From the NCBI GenBank assembly GCA_041648235.1, contig JBAZPK010000002.1, positions 1-45,004 on the forward strand: DNA of 45,004 nucleotides. The letters are read 5' to 3'. This document shows positions 1 through 17,939 of the stretch, piece by piece. This DNA comes from Thermoleophilia bacterium. GTDB taxonomy: Bacteria; Actinomycetota; Thermoleophilia; UBA2241. The position numbers and the translations under genes were made by a program. Numbering within the stretch: position 1 is the first letter of the stretch; each line of letters opens with the position of its first letter. A model generated the notes under the pieces. The model saw only the letters and a list, made by a program, of their open reading frames with translations, was not told where the DNA came from and did not search any database.

Positions 1-421
1 CGCCGCCTGCGGCCGCCAGGCCTCCGGCGGGTCCCCGAGGCGCGGGACCGCGGGTGGGGGCACGGGCGGCCGCCCGGGCGCCGCCGGTCCGCCGGTGCCC
101 GCCTCAGCCATGCCCGCTGTCAGGTCGCGCTGGAAGTCGATGGCTCGTCCCTTCCCTTGTCACATCCCGCCGGGGCCAGTATCGGCACGAACCGCCCGGC
201 GCTCCGCCTGTCCGGCAGGCTCGTCGCCGGGAAGCCGGATCCCACAGGATCTCTGATCGGCCCCAAGCGTACACGCACACGGTACCCCATCGAGGTGCCG
301 CACGACGAAGACGAGTGCGTCCGGGTGATGGACGGGATCGGCCGACCTTCGGGCTTGGGCGTGGCTTGACGGCGTTGGGCGACAAGAGGCGCTCGAGGAG
401 GCGCGGCCCCACAGGCCCGTT

Positions 422-449
422 TTGCCGGTCCTTGCCGGTCTGCTATACT
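422..449 (+). promoter_or_regulatory. Candidate promoter P1 upstream of rpmG (-35 TTGCCG, 16-nt spacer, extended -10 TGcTATACT)
   Basis: Read directly: ttgccg 422-427, tgc 441-443, tatact 444-449. The string TATACTGCC recurs at 3072-3080 and 15626-15634. Confidence 0.35.
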
Positions 450-505
450 GCCCCGCCGTGGCCGGCGCGGTGTGACGCCCGCGCCCGGGGGCCTCGTGGG
501 TCACG

Positions 506-535
506 TTGACCCTCGCGGCGAGCGCTTGGTATCCT
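506..535 (+). promoter_or_regulatory. Candidate promoter P2 upstream of rpmG (-35 TTGACC, 18-nt spacer, extended -10 TGgTATCCT)
   Basis: Read directly: ttgacc 506-511, tgg 527-529, tatcct 530-535. It lies about 30 nt before the rpmG start and its RBS. Confidence 0.45.
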
Positions 536-564
536 TACATGCTTCTTTCTGAAAGGATGAGAAC

Positions 565-714
565 GTGCGTCAACTCGTCACCCTCGCTTGCCAGGAGTGC
601 AAGCGTCGCAACTACCATACGAACAAGAACAAGAAGAACGACCCGGACCGCATCGAGCTCAAGAAGTATTGCCGTTGGTGCGGTACCCACACTGTGCACA
701 AGGAGACGCGCTAA
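565..714 (+). CDS. rpmG: 50S ribosomal protein L33 (bL33), Zn-ribbon form
   Basis: Hand translation of an ORF too short for the track. GTG565 to TAA712-714 gives [49 protein letters not shown], with CxxC...CxxC. The RBS-like gaaaggatga lies just upstream. The position before tRNA-Trp/secE/nusG is canonical. Confidence 0.9.
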   Translation: MRQLVTLACQECKRRNYHTNKNKKNDPDRIELKKYCRWCGTHTVHKETR

Positions 715-734
715 GCGTCTTGATCTGTGCTTCT

Positions 735-810
735 AGGGCTGTAGCTCAATTGGTAGAGCACCGGTCTCCAAAACCGGGGGTCGGGGGTTCGAGCCCCTCC
801 AGCCCTGCCA
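735..810 (+). tRNA. trnW: tRNA-Trp (anticodon CCA), with encoded 3' CCA
   Basis: Hand-folded cloverleaf. Acceptor stem AGGGCTG/CAGCCCT, D-arm GCTC-AATTGGTA-GAGC, anticodon arm CCGGT-CTCCAAA-ACCGG, T-arm GGGGG-TTCGAGC-CCCTC, discriminator G807, CCA 808-810. A tRNA-Trp between rpmG and secE is the conserved arrangement. Confidence 0.93.
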
Positions 811-830
811 ACGACCATCGGAGCGGTTGA

Positions 831-1190
831 GTGGCGAAGACTGCGAACAACAGCAAGGGCAAGGTGGGCAAGGCCAGGGCCGCCGGCAAGCAGGCGCCGG
901 CCGGCAAGCCCGTCGCCAAGCGCACCGACTCCAGGCTGGCGCGCGGTAAGGCGGCGCAGAAGTCGCGCCTTCAGGCCCGCGCCGCCAGGCCCAGGGAGAA
1001 GCGCGGCTTCGGCAAGTTCCTGCGCGATGTACGCATCGAGATGGGCAAGGTCACCTGGCCCACGCGCAAGGATCTCATGCAGTCCACGCTGGTCGTGCTC
1101 GTGGCCGTCGCCATCGCCACCGCGTACACGGGCGTCCTCGACTTCGCCTTCTCGAAGCTCGTCGACGTGGTCCTCAACGTCCTCACCTGA
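831..1190 (+). CDS. secE: Preprotein translocase subunit SecE with Lys/Ala/Arg-rich N-terminal extension
   Basis: 119-aa ORF with a GTG start right after an in-frame stop. It has the conserved FLRDVRIEMGKVTWPTRKD segment followed by a single TM helix (STLVVLVAVAIATAYTGVL). It sits immediately upstream of nusG. Confidence 0.9.
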   Translation: MAKTANNSKGKVGKARAAGKQAPAGKPVAKRTDSRLARGKAAQKSRLQARAARPREKRGFGKFLRDVRIEMGKVTWPTRKDLMQSTLVVLVAVAIATAYTGVLDFAFSKLVDVVLNVLT

Positions 1191-1202
1191 TCGGGGCCCA
1201 AC

Positions 1203-1727
1203 TTGTATAGCTGGTACGTCGTCAACACCTACTCGGGCCACGAGAACAAGGTCAAGGCCAATCTCGAGCATCGCCGGCAGTCCATGCACCAGGAGGACCG
1301 CATCCATCAGATCGTGGTGCCCACCGAGCAGATCGTCGAGACCAAGGACGGCGAGAAGGTCACCACCGAGCGCCGCGTCTTCCCCGGCTACGTGCTGGTC
1401 CAGATGGAGCTCACCGACGACACCTGGTCGCTGGTCAAGAACACGCCGGGAGTCACCGGGTTCGTCGGCGCCCAGAACAAGCCGGTCGCCCTCTCGCGCG
1501 CCGAGGTCGACCGCATCATGCACACCGCCTCGGTGGAGCGCCCCAAGCAGAAGGCCGAGTTCGCGGTCGGCGAGGACGTCCGCGTGACCTCCGGCCCGCT
1601 CAGCGATTTCTCCGGCGAGGTCGTCGAGGTCAACCTCGATCAGAGCCGGCTCAAGGTCATGGTGTCGATCTTCGGCCGCGAGACGCCGGTCGAGCTCGCC
1701 TTCGACCAGGTCAAGAAGACATCCTAA
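1203..1727 (+). CDS. nusG: Transcription termination/antitermination factor NusG
   Basis: 174-aa ORF. The NGN domain start is [14 protein letters not shown] and the C-terminal KOW is [24 protein letters not shown] start. Conserved secE-nusG-rplK order. Confidence 0.95.
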   Translation: MYSWYVVNTYSGHENKVKANLEHRRQSMHQEDRIHQIVVPTEQIVETKDGEKVTTERRVFPGYVLVQMELTDDTWSLVKNTPGVTGFVGAQNKPVALSRAEVDRIMHTASVERPKQKAEFAVGEDVRVTSGPLSDFSGEVVEVNLDQSRLKVMVSIFGRETPVELAFDQVKKTS

Positions 1728-1749
1728 CCAGGCAGTAAGCGAGGCAGCA

Positions 1750-2175
1750 GTGGCCAAGAAGGTCCTCACTAAGATCAAGCTCCAGATCTCCGCCGGCGCC
1801 GCCAGCCCGGCGCCGCCGGTCGGCCCCGCGCTGGGCCAGCACGGCGTCAACATCATGGAGTTCTGCAAGTCGTTCAACGCCCAGACGCAGGGCTCGGGCA
1901 GCTCCATCGTGCCGGTCGAGATCACCGTGTACGAGGATCGCTCGTTCACATTCGTCACCAAGACGCCCCCGGCGGCCGTGCTGCTGCGCGAGGCGCTCGG
2001 CCTTGACAAGGGCTCCGGCGAGCCCAATCGCAACAAGGTCGGTACGGTCACACGCGAACAGGTCCGCACCATCGCCGAGACCAAGATGCCAGACCTGAAC
2101 GCCAACGACGTCGACGCCGCGATGAAGATCATCGAGGGCACCGCCCGCAGCATGGGCGTCGAGGTCGCGGATTGA
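1750..2175 (+). CDS. rplK: 50S ribosomal protein L11 (uL11)
   Basis: 141-aa ORF with the [22 protein letters not shown] motif. Conserved position. Confidence 0.97.
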   Translation: MAKKVLTKIKLQISAGAASPAPPVGPALGQHGVNIMEFCKSFNAQTQGSGSSIVPVEITVYEDRSFTFVTKTPPAAVLLREALGLDKGSGEPNRNKVGTVTREQVRTIAETKMPDLNANDVDAAMKIIEGTARSMGVEVAD

Positions 2176-2310
2176 CCGGCGAAGCCGGGTCAACGTCGCC
2201 GTCGGCGTAGCCGACCGGCGACACTAAGCTCAAGATATGGCCGGGCCGCAGGCCCGGCCGCCGACGTGGGAGGCGACTCGGTCGCCGTCTGTACCACAGG
2301 AGGTACGCGA

Positions 2311-3018
2311 ATGGCCAAAGCAGGCCGCACTTACACCGCCGCCAAGCGCACCATCGAGCCCGGCCGTCTCTACTCCCCGCTCGAGGGCATGCGGCTCCTC
2401 AAGTCTTTCGAGGGTGCCAAGTTCGACGAGACCGTCGAGGTCCACTTCCGGCTCGGCGTCGACGTGCGTCACGCCGACCAGATCGTGCGCGGCACCACCG
2501 TCCTGCCGCACGGCACCGGGCGCGAGGTCCGCGTCGCCGTGTTCGCCGAGGGCGACAAGGCACGCGAGGCGCAGGAGGCGGGCGCCGACCTCGTGGGCAC
2601 CGACGATCTCGCCAAGCAGGTCCAGGAAGGCGTCTTCAATTTCGACATCGCCATCGCCACGCCCGACATGATGGGCACCGTGGGTAAGCTGGGCCGCATC
2701 CTCGGTCCCCGCGGCCTCATGCCCAACCCCAAGTCGGGCACCGTCACCTTCGACGTCGGCAAGGCCGTGCGCGACGCCAAGGGCGGCAAGGTCGAGTACC
2801 GCACCGATCGCTCCGGCATCGTTCATCTGAGCATCGGCAAGAAGTCGTTCAGCGAAGAGCAGCTCATCGACAACTACGGCGCCGTCCTCGACGAGGTCAT
2901 CCGTGCCAAGCCGGCGGCGGCCAAGGGCAAGTACATCAGGAGCGTCCATATAGCGGCGACCATGAGCCCCAGCATCGAGCTCGACCCCGGGCGCACGCGC
3001 GACCTGCTGGAGAGCTGA
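2311..3018 (+). CDS. rplA: 50S ribosomal protein L1 (uL1)
   Basis: ORF 2266-3018. I place the start at ATG2311 ([12 protein letters not shown]...) because AGGAGG sits at 2298-2303. Recognisable uL1 sequence ([34 protein letters not shown]). Confidence 0.95.
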   Translation: MAKAGRTYTAAKRTIEPGRLYSPLEGMRLLKSFEGAKFDETVEVHFRLGVDVRHADQIVRGTTVLPHGTGREVRVAVFAEGDKAREAQEAGADLVGTDDLAKQVQEGVFNFDIAIATPDMMGTVGKLGRILGPRGLMPNPKSGTVTFDVGKAVRDAKGGKVEYRTDRSGIVHLSIGKKSFSEEQLIDNYGAVLDEVIRAKPAAAKGKYIRSVHIAATMSPSIELDPGRTRDLLES

Positions 3019-3047
3019 GCCCGCGGGGCGGACGCGGCCGCCGGCAG

Positions 3048-3077
3048 TTGCGGCCGCGCTCTTCGCCGTTCTATACT
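3048..3077 (+). promoter_or_regulatory. Candidate rplJL promoter (-35 TTGCGG, 18-nt spacer, -10 TATACT)
   Basis: Read directly: ttgcgg 3048-3053, tatact 3072-3077, followed by GCC. It lies between the rplA stop and the rplJ leader. Confidence 0.4.
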
Positions 3078-3183
3078 GCCGCTTCGCGGCGTGCGCGCCG
3101 CGGCCGATGACGGTCGGTGCTCCTCCGGGAGCCTAAAGGACCCTGAGGGTCCGCCACCCGAGGCGAGACGAGCCGGTTCCCGG

Positions 3184-3216
3184 CCCGCTTCCGCTTCGGG
3201 AGCGGGTCTTTTGTTT
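3184..3216 (+). terminator. Intrinsic-terminator-like attenuator hairpin in the rplJ (L10) leader
   Basis: Stem cccgcttcc/ggagcggg (9 bp including one G-U) with a 5-nt loop at 3184-3206, followed by the T-rich run tcttttgttt at 3207-3216. It ends 17 nt before ATG3234. Confidence 0.5.
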
Positions 3217-3233
3217 GCGACTGAGAGGTCGAG

Positions 3234-3764
3234 ATGCTGAGAGAGAAGAAGGAAGGCGTGATCGCCGAGGTGGCGGAGCTGCTCGCAGGTACCGAGAACC
3301 TGTTCGTCAGCGACTACCGCGGCCTCACGGTCGCCGAGCTCAAGGAGCTCCGCGACAAGCTGCGGCAGAGCGGCGCCAGCTTCAAGGTGGTCAAGAACAC
3401 GCTCGGCGGCATCGCCGCCGACCGCTCCGGGCGCGAGATCGTCAAGGGGATGCTCGCCGGCCCCACCGCGGTCACGTTCTGCGGCGACGACCTGGTCGGC
3501 GCCGCCAAGGCGCTGGCCGAGTTCGCCCGCACCCACCCGCAGCTCGAGGTACGTGGCGGAGTGCTCGCCTCCAATCTCGTCGACGCCGCCGGCGTCAAGG
3601 TGCTGGCCAGCCTGCCGTCGCGCGACGTGCTCATCGCACAGGTCGTCGGCACCATGGCCGCGCCGATGACCGGCTTGGTCACCGTACTCCAGGGCACGAT
3701 CAGCGGGTTCGTGCGTGCCCTCGATCAGGTGGCGCAGCAGCGCGCCGCCGCCTGCGAGGCCTGA
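3234..3764 (+). CDS. rplJ: 50S ribosomal protein L10 (uL10)
   Basis: 176-aa ORF (LFVSDYRGLTVAELKELRDKLRQSGASFKVVKNTL). RBS gagagg upstream. Conserved rplJ-rplL pair. Confidence 0.96.
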   Translation: MLREKKEGVIAEVAELLAGTENLFVSDYRGLTVAELKELRDKLRQSGASFKVVKNTLGGIAADRSGREIVKGMLAGPTAVTFCGDDLVGAAKALAEFARTHPQLEVRGGVLASNLVDAAGVKVLASLPSRDVLIAQVVGTMAAPMTGLVTVLQGTISGFVRALDQVAQQRAAACEA

Positions 3765-3827
3765 GGCTCCCGCCGCCGTCCACACTGTCCAGCAAGGCTT
3801 TCAAGCCCTACGCGAGGTGAACTGACA

Positions 3828-4217
3828 ATGGCAGACAAGACCCTTTCCAAAGAAGAGCTCATCGAGGCAATCAAGGGCATGACCGTGCTCGAGCTCAGTG
3901 AGATGGTCAAGGCGCTCGAGGAGGCTTTCGGCGTCAGCGCCGCGGCCCCCATGGCTGTCGCCGCCCCGGCCGCCGGCGCCGCCCCGGCAGAGGAGGTCGA
4001 GGAGCAGACCGCCTTCGACGTGGTCCTGACCTCCTTCGGCGACCAGAAGATCCAGGTCATCAAGGTCGTGCGCGCGCTCACCGGTCTCGGCCTCAAGGAG
4101 GCCAAGGACGTCGTGGAGGGCGTGCCGAACGCCGTCAAGGAAGGCGTCACCAAGGACGAGGCCGAAGAGGCCAAGAAGCAGCTCGAAGAGGCCGGCGCGA
4201 GCGTCGAGATCAAGTAG
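3828..4217 (+). CDS. rplL: 50S ribosomal protein L7/L12 (bL12)
   Basis: 129-aa ORF with an Ala/Pro hinge and the C-terminal domain [25 protein letters not shown]. Confidence 0.97.
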   Translation: MADKTLSKEELIEAIKGMTVLELSEMVKALEEAFGVSAAAPMAVAAPAAGAAPAEEVEEQTAFDVVLTSFGDQKIQVIKVVRALTGLGLKEAKDVVEGVPNAVKEGVTKDEAEEAKKQLEEAGASVEIK

Positions 4218-4245
4218 CACTCCGCTCCGATCAGCTTTTCGCACC

Positions 4246-4285
4246 GTGAGGGGCCGGGGCGCCGGGAGGCGCCCCGGCCCCTCAC
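4246..4285 (+). terminator. Perfect 18-bp GC-rich hairpin after rplL (terminator/attenuator candidate)
   Basis: gtgaggggccggggcgcc (4246-4263), loop ggga, ggcgccccggcccctcac (4268-4285). Reverse complement checked by hand. There is no T-tract. Confidence 0.6.
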
Positions 4286-4328
4286 GCATCCGGCACCATG
4301 GCCGCACCGCGGCTTCTCTCCGGGTCTC

Positions 4329-4357
4329 TTGCATGGCCTTCTCGCCTGTGGTATATT
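4329..4357 (+). promoter_or_regulatory. Candidate rpoBC promoter (-35 TTGCAT, 17-nt spacer, extended -10 TGgTATATT)
   Basis: Read directly: ttgcat 4329-4334, tgg 4349-4351, tatatt 4352-4357. It is followed by an AT-richer stretch and lies about 90 nt upstream of the rpoB start. Confidence 0.45.
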
Positions 4358-4448
4358 TTTTGGCCGTGCGTTACCCGCGGCCATACCTCAATTCCTCTGG
4401 TGTGGTGTGCTCTCTTTCTCAGGTCCACGCTAGTAAGAGGAGACTCGC

Positions 4449-8171
<3,723 letters not shown>

Positions 8172-8196
8172 CCCCGCGAAGGCAGAGGGAGCGAAC

Positions 8197-12465
<4,269 letters not shown>

Positions 12466-12489
12466 GAGAGTGTGACCAGAACAGGCTGC

Positions 12490-12531
12490 GAGGCTGCGGC
12501 CGCCCGAGCTCCGTCTTGCGGCCGCAGCCTC
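12490..12531 (+). terminator. Perfect 14-bp hairpin after rpoC (terminator candidate)
   Basis: gaggctgcggccgc (12490-12503), 14-nt loop, gcggccgcagcctc (12518-12531), then gtttcg. Reverse complement checked by hand. Confidence 0.55.
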
Positions 12532-12544
12532 GTTTCGCTAAACT
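12516..12544 (+). promoter_or_regulatory. Candidate str-operon promoter (-35 TTGCGG, 17-nt spacer, -10 TAAACT)
   Basis: Read directly: ttgcgg 12516-12521, taaact 12539-12544. It overlaps the 3' arm of the rpoC hairpin and lies about 40 nt upstream of the rpsL ATG. Confidence 0.4.
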
Positions 12545-12584
12545 ACGCGACTGCTGTCTGAAGCGGCCCGACCAGAGAGGTCAG

Positions 12585-12962
12585 ATGACAACCATAAGCC
12601 AGCTCGTCCGCAAGGGGCGTGAGAGCAAAGTGAAGCGCGCCAAGACGCCGGCGCTCAAGGGGTCCCCCCAGAAGCGTGGGGTCTGCACGCGCGTCTACAC
12701 CACGACTCCCAAGAAGCCGAACTCCGCCCTGCGCAAGGTCGCCCGCGTCAGGCTCGTCAACGGTATGGAAGTCACCACGTACATCCCCGGCATCGGCCAC
12801 AACCTGCAGGAGCACTCGGTGGTGCTCGTGCGCGGCGGCCGCGTCAAGGATCTTCCGGGTGTGCGTTACAAGGTCATCCGCGGCACGCTCGACGCGTCCG
12901 GCGTCAGCGACCGCAAGCAGGCGCGGTCGCGCTACGGCGCCAAGGGAAAGGGAGGCAGGTGA
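12585..12962 (+). CDS. rpsL: 30S ribosomal protein S12 (uS12)
   Basis: ORF 12438-12962. True start taken as ATG12585 ([13 protein letters not shown]...) with GAGAGG upstream. The [36 protein letters not shown] motif is present. Confidence 0.96.
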   Translation: MTTISQLVRKGRESKVKRAKTPALKGSPQKRGVCTRVYTTTPKKPNSALRKVARVRLVNGMEVTTYIPGIGHNLQEHSVVLVRGGRVKDLPGVRYKVIRGTLDASGVSDRKQARSRYGAKGKGGR

Positions 12963-12965
12963 GCC

Positions 12966-13436
12966 ATGCCGCGTAGGGGAACCATCACGCGTCGGGAAGT
13001 CCTGCCCGACCCCGTCTATAACAGCAAGCTTGTCACGCAGGTGATCAACAAGGTGCTCCTCGACGGCAAGAAGTCCACCGCCGAGCAGATCGTCCACGGC
13101 GCTCTCGAGATCGTCCGCGAGAAGACCGGTCGCGATCCCGTCGAGGTGCTCCAGGAGGCCGTGCAGGCGCTCACCCCGCACCTCGAGGTGCGCAGCAGGC
13201 GCGTCGGCGGCGCCACCTATCAGGTGCCCGTTGAGGTGCCCGGTCGCCGCGCCCGCACGCTCGCCATCCGCTGGCTCGTCGGCTTTGCCCGCGACCGCCG
13301 CGAAAAGGTCATGCCCGAGCGTCTCGCGGCCGAGATGCTCGACGCCCTCGCCGCCCAGGGCGGCGCGTTTAAGAAGAAGGACGACATCTTCCGCATGGCG
13401 CAGGCCAACAAGGCGTTCGCCCACTACCGCTGGTAA
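12966..13436 (+). CDS. rpsG: 30S ribosomal protein S7 (uS7)
   Basis: 156-aa ORF ([25 protein letters not shown]...). It starts 3 nt after the rpsL stop. Confidence 0.97.
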   Translation: MPRRGTITRREVLPDPVYNSKLVTQVINKVLLDGKKSTAEQIVHGALEIVREKTGRDPVEVLQEAVQALTPHLEVRSRRVGGATYQVPVEVPGRRARTLAIRWLVGFARDRREKVMPERLAAEMLDALAAQGGAFKKKDDIFRMAQANKAFAHYRW

Positions 13437-13442
13437 GCCCCG

Positions 13443-13478
13443 AAGGCCCCTCACTGACGGTAGTTGGTGAGGGGCTTT
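13443..13478 (+). terminator. Hairpin plus short T-run between rpsG and fusA (attenuator/terminator candidate)
   Basis: gcccctcac (13446-13454), 12-nt loop, gtgaggggc (13467-13475). The stem is extendable by aag/ctt pairing and is followed by ttt. Confidence 0.4.
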
Positions 13479-13504
13479 CGCATGGAAGGAACACGATAGA
13501 CGAC

Positions 13505-15580
13505 ATGCGACAGTATTCGCTGCAGAACACGCGCAACATCGGCATCATGGCGCACATCGACGCCGGCAAGACGACGACCACCGAGCGCGTCCTGTACTAC
13601 ACGGGCAAGACGCACAAGATCGGCGAGGTCCACGAGGGCGCGGCGGTGATGGACTGGATGGCGCAGGAGCAGGAGCGTGGCATCACCATCACCTCGGCGG
13701 CCACCACCGTCACCTGGCGCGACACGCAGATCAACATCATAGACACGCCCGGGCACGTGGACTTCACCATGGAGGTCGAGCGCAGCCTCCGGGTGCTCGA
13801 CGGAGCCATCGCCCTGTTCTGTTCGGTCGGGGGCGTCGAGCCCCAGTCGGAGACCGTCTGGCGACAGGCCGACAAGTACGGCATCCCGCGCATCGCCTTC
13901 GTCAACAAGATGGACCGCATCGGCGCCGATTTCTTCCGCGGGCTCGAGATGATGGTCGACCGCCTGGGTGCCAACCCCGTGGCGCTGCAGATCCCCATCG
14001 GCCGCGAGGCCGAGTTCCGCGGCATCATCGATCTCATCGAGATGAAGGCCCTGGTCTACCAGGATGAGCTCGGCACCGACTTCGAAGTGGCCGACATCCC
14101 CGACGACCAGCGTCCGCAGGCCGACGAGTACCGCCTCAAGCTCGTCGAGGCCGTCGCCGACCACGACGACCACCTCCTCGAGGCGTATCTCGAGGGCGAG
14201 GAGATCACCCCCGATCACCTGCGGGCGGTGATCCGCCAGGCGACGCTCGACATCAGCATCACGCCGGTCCTCTGCGGCTCGGCCTTCAAGAACAAAGGCG
14301 TGCAGCCGCTCATGGACGCCATCGTCGACTTCCTGCCCTCGCCGTCGGACGTGCCGCCCGTGGTGGGCGTGAGGCCCAACGGCGACGAGGCCAGCCGGGC
14401 GGCCGACGACGAGGCGCCGTTCGCCGCCCTCGCGTTCAAGGTCGCCGTCGACCCCTACGTCGGCAAGCTCACCTACTTTCGCGTCTACTCGGGCACGCTC
14501 AAGGCCGGCTCCTACGTCCTCAACACGAGCAAGGACAAACGCGAGCGCATCAGCCGCATCCTTCAGATGCACGCCAATCACCGCGAGGACCGGCAGGAGA
14601 TCTACGCCGGCGAGCTGGCGGCGGCGGTCGGCCTCAAGGTCACCGGCACCGGCGACACGCTCTGCGACACGGCGCATCCCGTCATCCTCGAGTCGATGGA
14701 GTTCCCGGAGCCGGTCATCTTCGTGGCCATCGAGCCCAAGACCAAGGCTGACGAGGAGAAGCTCGGCAACTCGCTGCAGCGCCTCGCCGAGGAGGACCCC
14801 ACCTTCCGCGTGCACACCGACGAGGAGACGGGCCAGACGATCATCGCCGGTATGGGCGAGCTCCACCTCGAGATCATCGTCGACCGGCTGGTGCGTGAGT
14901 TCAACGTCGACGCCAACGTGGGCCGGCCCCAGGTCGCCTACCGTGAGACCATCCGCAACAAGGTCGACAAGGTCGAGGGCCGATTCGTCCGGCAGAGCGG
15001 CGGCCGCGGCCAGTACGGCCACGTCGTCATCGAGATGCAGCCGAACGAGCCGGGTGCCGGCTACGAGTTCGAGAGCCGCATCCAGGGCGGCGTCATCCCG
15101 CGGGACTACATCCCCTCGGTCGATGACGGCATCCAGGAGGCGATGAGCACCGGCGTCCTCGCGGGCTACCCGGTGGTCGACATCAAGGTGGCACTCATCG
15201 ACGGCAGCTACCACGAGGTCGACTCGTCGGACATGGCGTTCAAGATCGCCGGCTCGCTGGCCTTCAAGAACGCCGCCCAGAAGGCCAAGCCCGTGCTGCT
15301 CGAGCCGATGATGGCCGTCGAGGTCGTCACTCCGAGTGAGTTCATGGGCGACGTCATGGGCGACCTCAACTCGCGGCGCGGGCACATCGACGGCATGGAG
15401 CCGCGCGGCAACGCCCAGGTGATCACCGCCACGGTGCCACTCTCGACGATGTTCGGGTACGCCACCGACGTGCGCTCCACGACGCAGGGTCGCGCCACCT
15501 ACACCATGCAGTTCAAGCACTACGCCGAGGTGCCCGCTTCCATCGCCGCCGAGATCGTCGCCAAGGTGCGCGGTGGGTGA
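13505..15580 (+). CDS. fusA: Elongation factor G
   Basis: 691-aa ORF with G motifs [23 protein letters not shown] and NKMD. Conserved rpsL-rpsG-fusA-tuf order. Confidence 0.98.
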   Translation: MRQYSLQNTRNIGIMAHIDAGKTTTTERVLYYTGKTHKIGEVHEGAAVMDWMAQEQERGITITSAATTVTWRDTQINIIDTPGHVDFTMEVERSLRVLDGAIALFCSVGGVEPQSETVWRQADKYGIPRIAFVNKMDRIGADFFRGLEMMVDRLGANPVALQIPIGREAEFRGIIDLIEMKALVYQDELGTDFEVADIPDDQRPQADEYRLKLVEAVADHDDHLLEAYLEGEEITPDHLRAVIRQATLDISITPVLCGSAFKNKGVQPLMDAIVDFLPSPSDVPPVVGVRPNGDEASRAADDEAPFAALAFKVAVDPYVGKLTYFRVYSGTLKAGSYVLNTSKDKRERISRILQMHANHREDRQEIYAGELAAAVGLKVTGTGDTLCDTAHPVILESMEFPEPVIFVAIEPKTKADEEKLGNSLQRLAEEDPTFRVHTDEETGQTIIAGMGELHLEIIVDRLVREFNVDANVGRPQVAYRETIRNKVDKVEGRFVRQSGGRGQYGHVVIEMQPNEPGAGYEFESRIQGGVIPRDYIPSVDDGIQEAMSTGVLAGYPVVDIKVALIDGSYHEVDSSDMAFKIAGSLAFKNAAQKAKPVLLEPMMAVEVVTPSEFMGDVMGDLNSRRGHIDGMEPRGNAQVITATVPLSTMFGYATDVRSTTQGRATYTMQFKHYAEVPASIAAEIVAKVRGG

Positions 15581-15601
15581 CCTCGCCACCCGCCGCTTCA
15601 G

Positions 15602-15631
15602 TTGCCCCTGCGGGGCGGCTTCATGTATACT
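15602..15631 (+). promoter_or_regulatory. Candidate internal tuf promoter (-35 TTGCCC, 18-nt spacer, -10 TATACT)
   Basis: Read directly: ttgccc 15602-15607, tatact 15626-15631, followed by GCC. Confidence 0.4.
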
Positions 15632-15712
15632 GCCGACCTTTGGTGCGGCAGGCAGCCGTACCGATTTTTGTGTTATCTCAACCTCCGGGTTTCGGGAAAA
15701 GGAGTAGCAGAC

Positions 15713-16918
<1,206 letters not shown>

Positions 16919-17008
16919 GCAGCATCGAATTGACTGGGCCGGGCGTGCATCTCGCACGCTCTCGCAACGGACACACCCGGCCACGTGAACAGGACAGAGA
17001 AGGCTAGA

Positions 17009-17317
17009 GTGGCTCAGCAGAAGATCCGCATCAGGTTGAAGTCTTACGATCACGAGTTGATCGAGCGCAGCGCGCAATCCATCGTGGAGACCGCGCAGCG
17101 CAGCGGCGCGACCATCTCTGGGCCCGTGCCGCTGCCCACCGAGAAGAACGTCTACTGCGTCATCAAGAGCCCGTTCAAGGACAAGGACTCGCGCGAGCAT
17201 TTCGAGATCCGCACGCACAAGCGGCTCATCGACATCCATCAGCCGACGCCCAAGACCGTCGACCAGCTGATGCGGCTCGACCTGCCGGCCGGTGTCCACA
17301 TCGAGATCAAGCTGTAG
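17009..17317 (+). CDS. rpsJ: 30S ribosomal protein S10 (uS10)
   Basis: ORF 16985-17317. Start taken as GTG17009 ([15 protein letters not shown]...), which gives about 102 aa with the purine-rich gagaagg upstream. The 16985 start is an alternative. Confidence 0.93.
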   Translation: MAQQKIRIRLKSYDHELIERSAQSIVETAQRSGATISGPVPLPTEKNVYCVIKSPFKDKDSREHFEIRTHKRLIDIHQPTPKTVDQLMRLDLPAGVHIEIKL

Positions 17318-17322
17318 AGACT

Positions 17323-17937
17323 ATGACTGGCATCATCGGCAAAAAGCTCGGCATGACCCAGCTCTTCGACGACGACGGCAACGTCGTGGCCGTCACCGTC
17401 GTCCAGGCTGGCCCGTGCCCGGTCACGCAGATCCGCACGGTCGACAACGACGGCTACGAGGCCGTGCAGTTGGCCTTCGAGGAATGCAAGGACAAGCACA
17501 TCAGCAAGCCTGAGCTCGGCCACCTCAAGAAGGCCGGCCTCAAGCACGGCATGCGCCACCTGGTGGAGTTCGCTGGCCCCGGCGATCTCGAGGTCGGCGA
17601 CACCGTCACCGTCGAGGCGTTCGAGGACGGCCAAGCGGTCACCGCCACCGGGGTGAGCAAGGGCAAGGGCTTCCAGGGCACCATCAAGCGGCACAACTTC
17701 GGCCGCGGCCCCGAGAGCCATGGTTCGCACAACGTTCGGCAGCCGGGTTCCATCGGCGCCAGCGCGTACCCCAGCCGTGTGTTCAAGGGTATGCGCATGA
17801 GTGGGCATATGGGGGCGCAGCGCGTCACCCAGCAGGGCCTCAAGATCGTCCGTCGCGACGTCGAGAACAACCTGCTGCTCATCAAGGGCTCAGTGCCCGG
17901 CGCCAAGAACTCTGTCGTCGTCATCAAGGGTAGGTAG
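17323..17937 (+). CDS. rplC: 50S ribosomal protein L3 (uL3)
   Basis: 204-aa ORF (MTGIIGKKLGMTQLFDDDGNVVAVTVV...) with the KGKGFQGTIKRHNF motif. Confidence 0.97.
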   Translation: MTGIIGKKLGMTQLFDDDGNVVAVTVVQAGPCPVTQIRTVDNDGYEAVQLAFEECKDKHISKPELGHLKKAGLKHGMRHLVEFAGPGDLEVGDTVTVEAFEDGQAVTATGVSKGKGFQGTIKRHNFGRGPESHGSHNVRQPGSIGASAYPSRVFKGMRMSGHMGAQRVTQQGLKIVRRDVENNLLLIKGSVPGAKNSVVVIKGR

Positions 17938-17939
17938 CA

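Noticed and set aside
157-369. 70-aa + strand ORF upstream of rpmG
   Set aside because: It has no recognisable family, no RBS and an ambiguous frame signal. It is kept only as a low-interest note and not called as a gene.
711-2153. 480-aa ORF on the minus strand
   Set aside because: It overlaps tRNA-Trp, secE, nusG and rplK on the opposite strand. The sequence is low complexity and is a shadow frame.
16930-16958. TTGACT -35-like hexamer between tuf and rpsJ as an S10-operon promoter
   Set aside because: No acceptable -10 (TANNNT) lies at 16-19 nt spacing. The region folds into nested stems (ggccggg 16937-16943 / cccggcc 16976-16982, inner gcgtgc/gcacgc) and may be a leader instead. There is insufficient support for either call.
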